The notes below the pieces were generated by a model. It worked only from the letters and a program-made list of their open reading frames with translations. It was not told the origin of the DNA and did no database searches. From Ktedonobacteraceae bacterium (GTDB lineage Bacteria > Chloroflexota > Ktedonobacteria > Ktedonobacterales > Ktedonobacteraceae), in contig DASRHT010000056.1 in NCBI GenBank assembly GCA_035650355.1, forward strand, positions 23,624 to 87,623: a stretch of 64,000 bases of DNA. Direction: 5' to 3'. Within the stretch, counting starts at the first letter, position 1; each line of letters begins with the position of its first letter. The position numbers and the translations under genes were made by a program. This document shows, piece after piece, positions 46,142 through 54,262 of this stretch.

Positions 46142-47746
46142 TGCCCTTTCTAACAATTTGTCATATTTTGTGTCGTATGGCGCGAGACGTCCTTCAGGCA
46201 TGAACAGGAGCGTGTCCGGCTTCAGGTGACGGACGAACTCGAGGTCGTGGGTGACGGCGATGATAGTGCCGTTGTAGCTGCCCAGCGCTTCACCAATGAT
46301 GTTACGAGACATAGCATCAAGGTGCGTGCTTGGCTCGTCGAGCACTAACAGGTTAGGGCCGTCGAGCACCATCTTTGCCAGCGCCAGGCGCGTTTTCTCG
46401 CCTCCGCTGAGCGTCCCGATCTGCTGAAAGGCGCGGTCGCCGCTGAACAGGAAACGTCCGAGGATGCCTCTGACACGCTTCGGATCGTCCGGCAGGATCG
46501 CGCTGGCCTCATGAAACACGGTGTTTTCATAATCAAGCCCCTCGTTCTCCTGCGCGTAATAGCCGATGCGTACGCGATCACCCATAATGACCTTGCCCGC
46601 GTTAAGCGGCGTGATATCGAGCAGCGTGCGCAGGAGCGTCGTTTTACCAGCTCCGTTCAGCCCGACAATGACAAGACGCTGTTTGCGCTCAATATGGAAG
46701 CTGATATTGTGGAAAATCTCCTTGTTGCCGTAACGCTTGCTCAGATGTTCCGCGCGGATGACGAGCTGGCTGCTCTGCTGGCGTACCGGAAAGTCGATTT
46801 TGATGCGGCGACTCTGCTGGGGGAGCTGTGGCTTGCTCGCCTCCAACGTCGCGATGCGCTTATCGACTGCGATACGCTGGCTCACACGCGTTGCACCGTA
46901 GCCGCGCAACCTGTCGGAGGTTTTGCGCAGGCGTGCGATCTCTCGCTCCTGGAACTTCTTTGTGCGTTCCATCAATGCCAGCGCGTCACCTGTGACAGTC
47001 AGGTAGTTGGAGTAGGTGCCGCGATACTCTTCCAGTTTGTGGGTGAACTCGTTGAGGCGCAGCACTTTATTGATGCTGCGGTCAAGCAGGTCCAGGTCGT
47101 GCGAGATGATGAGCAATGCCCCGCTATAGCTCTCCAGAAATTCCATCAGCCACGCGGTCGCCTCAACATCCAGGAAGTTCGTCGGCTCGTCGAGCAGCAG
47201 CAGGTCGGGCGACTGGAACAATAAACGCACCAGGGCGAGCTTGGTTTTTTGCCCGCCGCTCAGCGTGCTAACCGCGCGATCCAGCGTTACACCGCCGATA
47301 TTCAGTCCGTCGATAAGCTGTTCGCTGCGGGCATCGGCGTCGTAGTAGCCTAGTTGTTCAAGCTTATCCTGCGTCTGGGCGAAATGGTCCAGCAGGGTCG
47401 GCAGGCTGCTATTGCCCGCCTCAGCGATTTTTACCGCCAGGGCCTCATATTGCCGGATGACCGTATCAAGTCCAGTGCTGCTGTAGATGAAGTCGCGTAC
47501 CGTGCTACCCTCGGCGACGGTGGTTTCATGCGCGACGTCCTGTGACAGGTAGCCGAAACTGCGTGGCCGCATCACCGTACCGCCATCTGGCTCCTGCAAG
47601 CCCGCGATAATTTTGAGCAGAGAACTTTTGCCTGCGCCGTTGACCCCGATCAGACCGGCTTTCTCGCCAGGTGCGACGGTGAATGAGACATCGTCCAGGA
47701 TCAGGCGTGGCTCATAGGAAAGCATAATATGATTAACCTGTAGCAT
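46139..47746 (-). CDS. ABC-F family ATPase (two ABC domains, no TM)
   Basis: 535 aa. GVNGAGKSS and GLNGAGKTT Walker A motifs. LSGGQKTKL and LSGGEKTRL signatures. Confidence 0.9.
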   Translation of the reverse strand: MLQVNHIMLSYEPRLILDDVSFTVAPGEKAGLIGVNGAGKSSLLKIIAGLQEPDGGTVMRPRSFGYLSQDVAHETTVAEGSTVRDFIYSSTGLDTVIRQYEALAVKIAEAGNSSLPTLLDHFAQTQDKLEQLGYYDADARSEQLIDGLNIGGVTLDRAVSTLSGGQKTKLALVRLLFQSPDLLLLDEPTNFLDVEATAWLMEFLESYSGALLIISHDLDLLDRSINKVLRLNEFTHKLEEYRGTYSNYLTVTGDALALMERTKKFQEREIARLRKTSDRLRGYGATRVSQRIAVDKRIATLEASKPQLPQQSRRIKIDFPVRQQSSQLVIRAEHLSKRYGNKEIFHNISFHIERKQRLVIVGLNGAGKTTLLRTLLDITPLNAGKVIMGDRVRIGYYAQENEGLDYENTVFHEASAILPDDPKRVRGILGRFLFSGDRAFQQIGTLSGGEKTRLALAKMVLDGPNLLVLDEPSTHLDAMSRNIIGEALGSYNGTIIAVTHDLEFVRHLKPDTLLFMPEGRLAPYDTKYDKLLERA

Positions 47747-48341
47747 TATATAGTTATCCTTTGTGTGCTTCTTTCAGGGTTAGACAGTCATACATCAAGG
47801 TAGCGAACGCCTGGCTATGCGTGTGCTACGTGTGCGCGAGAGATGGGCATATTTGCTCTCGCGCGGGCAATTGCGGTACGGGAAGCACACGGTGCCGTGG
47901 AACAATCGGTAGCAGCGAGAGGATCGATGCCCGGCGACACACGCCTTCCATGCAAAGGGGCAACCTGTCTGGTGCCTTGAGAGGAGGAATTAGACTGAGA
48001 AGATGCGCAAACTAACGGAATCCGCCACTCGCTCGATCTGGATCGAGTGAGCAAGTAATTGCATCACGCCTTTTTCCTGCCGCATAAGCCCGGCGTGGGT
48101 CACTTATGCGGCTGAGCCAATTGTGAGCAGAAATTCCCGTAACATGTCTTTGTTCCTCGATATTGCTGAAGTTATGTCAAATCTGTGAGCAATGGTAACA
48201 TTACGGGCGCGTAAAGTCAAGGTTTGTACCTGCGCTTTCGCTCATCGCAAGTGCGTTCGTGTGAAGAAAACAGCAGAATCAGCGTATTCCTGGTGAGGAA
48301 ACAGAGAATTGGGGCAGTACATTGATGCGATAGGAGTAAAT

Positions 48342-49781
48342 ATGCAGCAGGGACAATATTTTTCGCAAGATAGCAGCCTTTTCAGATGGTTGTTAGCAAC
48401 CCGGCAGGGGGCGCGCCTTCCTGCGAGGCGTGTGCTGCTATTCGCTGGGATCATTATTGTGCTGTTAGCAGGGGGGATACTGGCCTGGCCTGGTATCCGT
48501 GACAGGCTATTCGCTCCGCCCGTTCAGCCGCAGCTATCTCAGCAGACGGTTATGTTTGGCGTTGATGCGCAGCATACGCACGCCATTCCCGCGGAACACA
48601 CGCTCACGCCGCAAACGGTCTCCCATCTCGTTGCCGATTGGACCTCGTCTCCGACCGGAGGCAGCCTCTTCTCTTCGCCAGTGATCGCGGATGCAACGGT
48701 CTTTGTTGGTTCGCTTGATGGCCGTCTGTATGCTTACAGGAGTACGGGCTGCGCTCGATCTTTCTGCGCTCCTCTATGGACCTCAACTCAAACGGGAGCG
48801 CGCATTTTTTCCTCTCCCGCCGTTTCGAATGGCGTCGTCTATATCGGCTCGTACGATGGCAGGCTGTATGCGTTTAAAGCGGAGGGATGCGGCCATGCCA
48901 TCTGTTCCCCGTTGTGGACCTCAATTGACGTACATAGTCCGGTCAGTTCGTCACCGACGATTGGGCAAGGAGTTATCTATTTCAATACGGATGCAGGCGT
49001 ACTCTATGCGTTCCGGGCAACGGGCTGCGGTGCGAATGTCTGTTCTCCGCTATGGTTTTCAGCCGCGATGCGTACCCCTTGCGGTCAAGCAAACTGCTTT
49101 CCAGTTCCCACCTCTTCAGATACGCATGATGGCTTCTCCTCTTCCCCTGCCCTGCTGAATGGGGTGGTTTATGCAGGTTCTTTTGATGGGCGGCTTTATG
49201 CCTTTGACGCGAGCGGCTGCGCCAGTTATCCCTGCACACCACGCTGGTATACCACACCTGCTCAAGGTACGGTTACTGCTTCGCCAGCTATTGCGGCCAA
49301 TACTGTCTTTGTGAGTTCGAATGATGGCGTCCTTTCCGCTTTTGACGCTTGGGGATGCGCTCATGCGCCCTGCTCGCCGCTGTGGTCGTCGAATTCGATG
49401 ACTGTCCCGCTGGCATCCTCACCGGCTGTCGTCAGCAATGTCGTCTACATCGGCTCCTGGGATCATCGATTGTATGCCTTCAGTGCCAGCGGTTGTGGCA
49501 AGCCTGTGTGTCAACCATTGTGGAGCTCGATAGCGACCGATAGCATCATCGAATCTTCTCCGACGGTAGCGGGAGGCGTGGTGTATATCGGTTCGGTGGA
49601 TGAGCATTTGTACGCCTTCAACGCGTCGGGCTGTCCGACCTCTCCGTGCTCACCTCTCTGGACCTCGCCAGCGCTTGGAGAGAGCATCGAGTCCTCGGCG
49701 ACGGTAGCTAATGGAGCGGTATACGTCGCTTCACTTGACCATAAGCTCTATGCGTTCCACTTGCCATCTGGCGGCTCGTAA
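48342..49781 (+). CDS. PQQ-like beta-propeller repeat protein, membrane-anchored
   Basis: AGGAG RBS before ATG 48342. TM LLFAGIIIVLLAGGILAW. Seven repeats of G.(V/I)Y.GS.DG.LYAF...GC....C.PLW. Confidence 0.8.
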   Translation: MQQGQYFSQDSSLFRWLLATRQGARLPARRVLLFAGIIIVLLAGGILAWPGIRDRLFAPPVQPQLSQQTVMFGVDAQHTHAIPAEHTLTPQTVSHLVADWTSSPTGGSLFSSPVIADATVFVGSLDGRLYAYRSTGCARSFCAPLWTSTQTGARIFSSPAVSNGVVYIGSYDGRLYAFKAEGCGHAICSPLWTSIDVHSPVSSSPTIGQGVIYFNTDAGVLYAFRATGCGANVCSPLWFSAAMRTPCGQANCFPVPTSSDTHDGFSSSPALLNGVVYAGSFDGRLYAFDASGCASYPCTPRWYTTPAQGTVTASPAIAANTVFVSSNDGVLSAFDAWGCAHAPCSPLWSSNSMTVPLASSPAVVSNVVYIGSWDHRLYAFSASGCGKPVCQPLWSSIATDSIIESSPTVAGGVVYIGSVDEHLYAFNASGCPTSPCSPLWTSPALGESIESSATVANGAVYVASLDHKLYAFHLPSGGS

Positions 49782-49795
49782 GGCCGTGTATCTCC

Positions 49796-50890
49796 TCAGG
49801 GAATTGGATGCGCCTGGAAAAAGTTCCATATAATCGCCTGGAAAGGGCGACCTGCGAGCGGGCCAGGCCAGGAGTGGCCGCCTCCTTCGATACGATAATG
49901 CACAATTGCGGTTCCATCCTGGCAACCGGTCCACTGCTCGCCCATCACCTGAGGAGTGTGCAGAAAGACCTGGGGAGCAGGATTGCAGCCGTCGCGCCCG
50001 GCCCATTCCTGCAACCATTGAGGGATCGGCGGCAGCGGCCATGACGGGTCCAGGTCGGGAGAGAAGCCGTTATACGGTAAAAGTGCGTCAGCGGTACCAT
50101 GAATATTAAGGACTGATATTGGTCGGCTTGGATGACAGCCACCGGGGATCGTATAAAAGTTGCCGGAAACCGGAGCCACCGCCGCAATGCGATTCGCCAG
50201 GCGGCATGAAAGCATATTGCTCATCCCACCCCCGCTGGAAAAGCCGGTGGCGAAGATGCGATGTGGATCGATACAGAACTTGTTTTGCAGATCATCAAGC
50301 ATAAGATTTACAGCGTGAACGTCATCGATCCCATAATCAATCGGGCCGACATCGGCCCAGAAGGTCTGTCCAGTAATGGCATCAGGCAATCCCTGTCCAT
50401 AGACAACAATGAAGTTGTCTTGCTCTGCAAGAGCCGTGAAGCCCGAGTTACGATCTTCGCCGGCAGCAGTGCCGCCAGCGCCGTGAAGATAGAGGACAAG
50501 AGGGGTAGGAAGATTATTATGGTAAGCGGAGGGTATATGGACGCGATAGAGACGGGTATGTTGATCCAGCGCCTCCGCCGGATTGACGGCAAAGGTTTGA
50601 TCGGCACTCGTCCCCGGCGTTACCGGAGAGGCGTGTCCACACCCCTGTGAAGCTGTCAGACGATTCGCGAGGGCGCTGTTGCTATGAGAGGCAGGTCGAG
50701 CGAGCAGGGGCGAGGAGAAGCCAGAGCCAGCGAGAAAAATGCAGCATCCTAGCATAATGCTGGCCCAAAGACCACTGTATCCGCTAAATAATTTGCGTAT
50801 CGCACCGATGCGAGCGCCTGTCATGGGACGTCTGGGCATTCTTGTAGCACGTATAAGCTTCTCTCCCATTGCATGCATGAAAGGAAACAA
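49796..50890 (-). CDS. PHB-depolymerase-family / LpqC-like secreted esterase
   Basis: LVLYLHGAGGTA and GFSSGGGMS nucleophile elbow. Signal/TM segment near the N-terminus. Confidence 0.7.
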   Translation of the reverse strand: MFPFMHAMGEKLIRATRMPRRPMTGARIGAIRKLFSGYSGLWASIMLGCCIFLAGSGFSSPLLARPASHSNSALANRLTASQGCGHASPVTPGTSADQTFAVNPAEALDQHTRLYRVHIPSAYHNNLPTPLVLYLHGAGGTAAGEDRNSGFTALAEQDNFIVVYGQGLPDAITGQTFWADVGPIDYGIDDVHAVNLMLDDLQNKFCIDPHRIFATGFSSGGGMSNMLSCRLANRIAAVAPVSGNFYTIPGGCHPSRPISVLNIHGTADALLPYNGFSPDLDPSWPLPPIPQWLQEWAGRDGCNPAPQVFLHTPQVMGEQWTGCQDGTAIVHYRIEGGGHSWPGPLAGRPFQAIIWNFFQAHPIP

Positions 50891-50978
50891 GAAGGCAGAA
50901 TTTCTGCTGGTTTATTTGCTACAGTATTTACGTTCTCGTGAGGGAAAAATTCACAACCTCTGTTTGAGACTGGACCGG

Positions 50979-51686
50979 TTATCTCACCCAGATGGGCATT
51001 TCTTCGTGGTCGATGCCAAAGTGATGGGCAACTTCGTGCAGCACCGTTTTGCGTACCTGGTCGCGAATGCGCTGCGCGTCACCGTGGCAGTAGTATTCGA
51101 TGTTATCTTGATAGATGGTAATGCGTTTGGGGAAAAGCGATTGCTGGTATCCTTCGCCGGTGATGGAAACTCCCTGATAGAGTCCCAGCAAGATATGCCC
51201 TTCTTCTGTGCCGACGCGCTCCAGCGTCTCTTCGTCTGGCTTGCTCTCTATCAGCACCGCCACATTCTGCATATAGTCGTGGAACTCTGCGGGGATTGAG
51301 GCCAGCGCCTCCTGCACGAGCAGCTCAAATGGTGTGAGGGCAGAGGGCTCTGGCTCGTTGTCCTCTGCCTGATTTTCATCGGCGAGCTCGTCTGGCTCCG
51401 CATCTTCTTCAGCTTCCACGTCTTTGCCTTCATCTGTCAATGTTTGGAGGAATTTTGACACGCGAGAATTTTTCTCTAGCAGGACGACGCCGAACGTGCC
51501 GAAGACGAGCATGCCTAAGAGGAGCAGCAATTGTACGAATTCGCTAGAAGAGCTGTTGAGGAAGACGGCAAGCAGGATAGCCGCGATCAAAAAGCTCACA
51601 ACGGCGAAGAAGGGGCGCGCGCCAGCTTCTCCTCTGATGTCTGCATATTCATCTGGCTCATCATCGCCTGTGCTTTTCTGCTGCAT
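50979..51686 (-). CDS. zincin-like metallopeptidase family protein (DUF1025-type) with N-terminal membrane/acidic extension
   Basis: C-terminal VLHEVAHHFGIDHEEM (HExxH). Two N-terminal TM segments and a Glu/Asp-rich linker. Confidence 0.65.
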   Translation of the reverse strand: MQQKSTGDDEPDEYADIRGEAGARPFFAVVSFLIAAILLAVFLNSSSSEFVQLLLLLGMLVFGTFGVVLLEKNSRVSKFLQTLTDEGKDVEAEEDAEPDELADENQAEDNEPEPSALTPFELLVQEALASIPAEFHDYMQNVAVLIESKPDEETLERVGTEEGHILLGLYQGVSITGEGYQQSLFPKRITIYQDNIEYYCHGDAQRIRDQVRKTVLHEVAHHFGIDHEEMPIWVR

Positions 51687-51767
51687 AGCGTATCTCCGGC
51701 CCGCACATGAAAGCGCATGATTTTTATTAAAACCATCTATTATTGTAGACGTGTTCGCGAGGTGGAA

Positions 51768-52148
51768 TCAAATTTCAGAAAGGTTTTCCTCAAAAATCAG
51801 GATATTGCGAAAAGGATCACAGAGCCAAAATCCTTTCGTCCCCCAGGATGTCGCCTGGATCGGAGACCTAAGAGCGCCAGTTGGCAAATACTGCTGATAC
51901 AATCCCTCGATATTGGTGACGCCAATATAACACACTCTGCACCCCTCCTGTGGTGGTTTGTGTGCGGGATCGGAGACATTGAATTGCAAAGCAATCCCAT
52001 CCCGTTCGATAATGGCAAATCCCTCGTCGTGGTAGGAGGTCGCAAAGCCGAGTTGTCCATAAAAGGCCAGAGCTTGCTCCATATCCCCGACCAGAAAACG
52101 GGGAGCCACTGAATCGAGGGTGGGCTGCTGTTCTTGGGATGCTGACAT
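51768..52148 (-). CDS. VOC (glyoxalase/bleomycin-resistance) family protein
   Basis: VGDMEQALAFYGQLGF...GFWLCDPFRNILIF. ATG 52148 is preferred (the ORF extends to 52187). Confidence 0.7.
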   Translation of the reverse strand: MSASQEQQPTLDSVAPRFLVGDMEQALAFYGQLGFATSYHDEGFAIIERDGIALQFNVSDPAHKPPQEGCRVCYIGVTNIEGLYQQYLPTGALRSPIQATSWGTKGFWLCDPFRNILIFEENLSEI

Positions 52149-52756
52149 ACGTTCCTGTTCCTTTCTGCTGCAAATACTGGTATTCATGTGAAGGTATTCT
52201 TCCGAACGTACCGAGAAACGGCAACGCGAGCTTTTCTTTTTCTCCCTCCAGTTTACAAAATATTGATGGGAAAAGCCAGGCGGGAGCGGCTTTTCCAGGG
52301 AACGCGTCTTGTCATCTTCCAGACAAGGATGAGCGCTGAAGCGGACGCGATCAATCGGGTCGGTACGAAGATTGAAGCGTTTGAGGCGCGATCAATGTAT
52401 GCGTGACGTTTGCCATTAGGAGCTGAATGCCAGGAATAATGAGGTTGCGGTTCTTGCAGGCGGGATCAGGGCTGTAGCGGTAGGCATCGAGGGCGGCTAC
52501 CCAGTAGATTGCTCCGCTGGCGAATACCACGGCGTTTGATGGGGCGATATAGATGATGTGCCTGCCTCAAGTCCTGCGTATACAGCAGGAAGCGGCGATG
52601 CTGAGTAATACGGCCAGTGTGGTTGCGCTTATCAGCACAACGGCTTTCATCTCAATATATTTGCTCTTTTTTTGGCTTCATCACAATATCCTGTGTTTTC
52701 TCTTGCTATCTTTCAGAATAGAGATAGCAAAAAAATTTGCAACATCCCGGCTACCG

Positions 52757-53035
52757 AAAATCTGCTCAGGGTTTCTCAAAAGTCGCTGCACGCGCTGACT
52801 CCTCGCGCCTTCGGCGCTCACAGGGAGAGGAAGGTGCTGGCGGTGGGCGCAGCCCACCGCCAGCACCTTCCTCTCGAACGGCTCGCTTGCGAGCCGTTCT
52901 GTCTGAAAAGACCACTTTTGCGAAGCCCTGAGCAGATTTTCAGGGCTTCGCAAAAGTCGCTGCACGCTCTGACGGCTCGCTTGCGAGCCGTTCTGTCTGA
53001 AAAGGCCACTTTTGAGAAGCCCTGAAAATCTGCTG
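52757..53035. repeat. nested/composite palindromic repeat block
   Basis: An 84-bp hairpin unit (52941-53024) is duplicated at 52767-52930, where it carries an 80-bp insert. Perfect 17-bp inverted repeat 52914-52930 / 52941-52957. Perfect 15-bp inverted repeat 52757-52771 / 52927-52941. Confidence 0.85.
52827..52873. repeat. perfect 22-bp-stem palindrome
   Basis: GAGGAAGGTGCTGGCGGTGGGC-GCA-GCCCACCGCCAGCACCTTCCTC. Confidence 0.9.
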
Positions 53036-53043
53036 AAAAAGGC

Positions 53044-53073
53044 TTGACAAAAAAGATGAAAGCGTGGTATATC
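53044..53073 (+). promoter_or_regulatory. candidate promoter of the lys leader (TTGACA-18-TGgTATATC)
   Basis: TTGACA at 53044-53049 and extended -10 TGGTATATC at 53065-53073. T-box Stem I starts about 25 nt downstream. Confidence 0.5.
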
Positions 53074-53097
53074 TTTGACAGCAGAAATATAGACAAA

Positions 53098-53390
53098 AGC
53101 TTTGAAGGGACGAGTAGCAGTTCCCGTGGCTTCCAGAGAGTGGGCGGCTGGTGGAAAGCCCATAGTACACAAACTGCGAAAAAGAACCCTAAGCTGCGAG
53201 AAGAAATCGCGAGACGCGAGAGTAGAACTGCGCCGGACGCCTCCGTAATCGGGCACGCTGGTAGGGGTACATTACGATGGCCCATACCCACTGAGGTTGA
53301 CGCCGTGAGGCATCAGCGAATGAAGGTGGTACCACAAGAGTAAATAACGCTCTTTGTCCTTCCCAAGAGGATAAAGGGCTTTTTTGTTGG
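53098..53390 (+). promoter_or_regulatory. T-box riboswitch leader 1, Lys (AAA) specifier
   Basis: Stem I: GAAGGGACGAGTA, AGAGAG bulge, GGTGGAAAG distal loop. GCAGTT pairs with AACTGC, then GAA-AAA-G (codon 53181-53183). T-box sequence AATGAAGGTGGTACCACAAGAG at 53319-53340. Terminator 53349-53386 plus T6. Confidence 0.8.
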
Positions 53391-53483
53391 CCTGAATCGA
53401 GTCGCCATAAGAGCGTGCCTGATTCTGAGTGTCTTCACCCTTTCGTAGCGCAGTTCGCGCGGCTTTGCCGCGCAAGGAGGGTT

Positions 53484-53532
53484 GTGTGAGTTGTGGAAAT
53501 ATGCGCTTCGCGCATATTTCCACAACTCACAC
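53484..53532. repeat. perfect 23-bp-stem hairpin between the two T-boxes
   Basis: GTGTGAGTTGTGGAAATATGCGC-TTC-GCGCATATTTCCACAACTCACAC. Confidence 0.9.
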
Positions 53533-53632
53533 AGAAGAGCATCGCAGACGCGAGATCCGGTCGCTCATGCAGGGAATCAGGTACACACTAAAACAACATA
53601 TATATAAACCACAATTGCATAGTGAAAAGCTG

Positions 53633-53910
53633 TGAAGGGACGAGTAACGGGAACTGCGGCATGCAGAGAGCGGACGGCAGGTGAAAGGTCCGTATGCGCA
53701 ACCCGTGAAAAAAAACCGGATGCTGCCAGAAGAAATCGCGAGATGCGAGAGTAGAACTGCGCCGGCTTGCTCCCCGTGACCGGAGCGCGTACTAACTGCT
53801 GTACGTTTGAGGTCGATGCTGCGAGGCATCGGCGAATGAAGGTGGTACCACGAGAGCAATGATCGCTCTTCGTCCTTCCAATGTTGGAGGATGAAGAGCA
53901 TTTTTATTTG
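53633..53910 (+). promoter_or_regulatory. T-box riboswitch leader 2, Lys (AAA) specifier
   Basis: GAAGGGACGAGTA, AGAGAG, GGTGAAAGG. ACGGG pairs with CCCGT, then GAA-AAA-A (codon 53710-53712). AATGAAGGTGGTACCACGAGAG at 53835-53856. Terminator GCTCTTCGTCCT..AGGATGAAGAGC plus ATTTTTATTT (53865-53910). Confidence 0.8.
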
Positions 53911-53947
53911 GTTCAGTTGAAATTTGTCTACACATAATACTTCGATT

Positions 53948-53993
53948 CCGCACTCCTGAGCGAAGCTAGCGCGTTAGCAGCGTTGGAGCGCGG
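53948..53993. repeat. GCGAAGC-core palindromic element, copy B (lysW 5' UTR)
   Basis: CCGCACTC-CTGAGCGAAGCTAGCGCGTTAGCAGCGTT-GGAGCGCGG. Confidence 0.85.
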
Positions 53994-54026
53994 AAAGTTT
54001 AAGGGTAGTAAAGGAGAAAAACGAAC

Positions 54027-54188
54027 ATGGCACAGTGTCCCGAATGCGAAGCCGAGATGAGCCTGCAAGGTCTGATGATTGGCGAGATTATCTACTGTCC
54101 CGACTGTAATGCGGAACTGGAGGTGCTGAACCTGGAACAGCCCCAGGTGGGGCTGGCTCCGCAGGTCGAAGAAGATTGGGGAGAATAA
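54027..54188 (+). CDS. lysW: alpha-aminoadipate/glutamate carrier protein LysW
   Basis: 53 aa, below the ORF-track cutoff. MAQCPECEAEM...YCPDCNAEL zinc ribbon and C-terminal EEDWGE tail. AAGGAG RBS. Confidence 0.88.
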   Translation: MAQCPECEAEMSLQGLMIGEIIYCPDCNAELEVLNLEQPQVGLAPQVEEDWGE

Positions 54189-54262
54189 GCAGAATTTTGA
54201 TATTCCGCCAGCTTGAACGATAGCATACGGCTGTATTCAAGCTGGCAAGGAGAGTAACGACG

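Noticed and set aside
46511-47224. 237-aa plus-strand ORF
   Set aside because: Antisense shadow of the ABC-F ATPase gene.
52400-52660. Possible decayed gene on the minus strand: a 27-aa lipoprotein-like signal peptide (MKAVVLISATTLAVLLSIAASCC) ending in a stop, followed in another frame by a segment resembling a propeller blade (IYIAPSNAVVFASGAIYWVAALDAYRY)
   Set aside because: The case rests on only a short signal-like peptide and one weak motif. The frameshift position cannot be defined by eye, so this is not enough to call a pseudogene.
52681-53291. 191-aa and 157-aa minus-strand ORFs, plus several plus-strand ORFs between 52553 and 53635
   Set aside because: They run through nested palindromes and the T-box leaders. 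They have repetitive, Arg/Ser-rich sequence with no RBS. The region is better explained as repeats plus riboswitch RNA.
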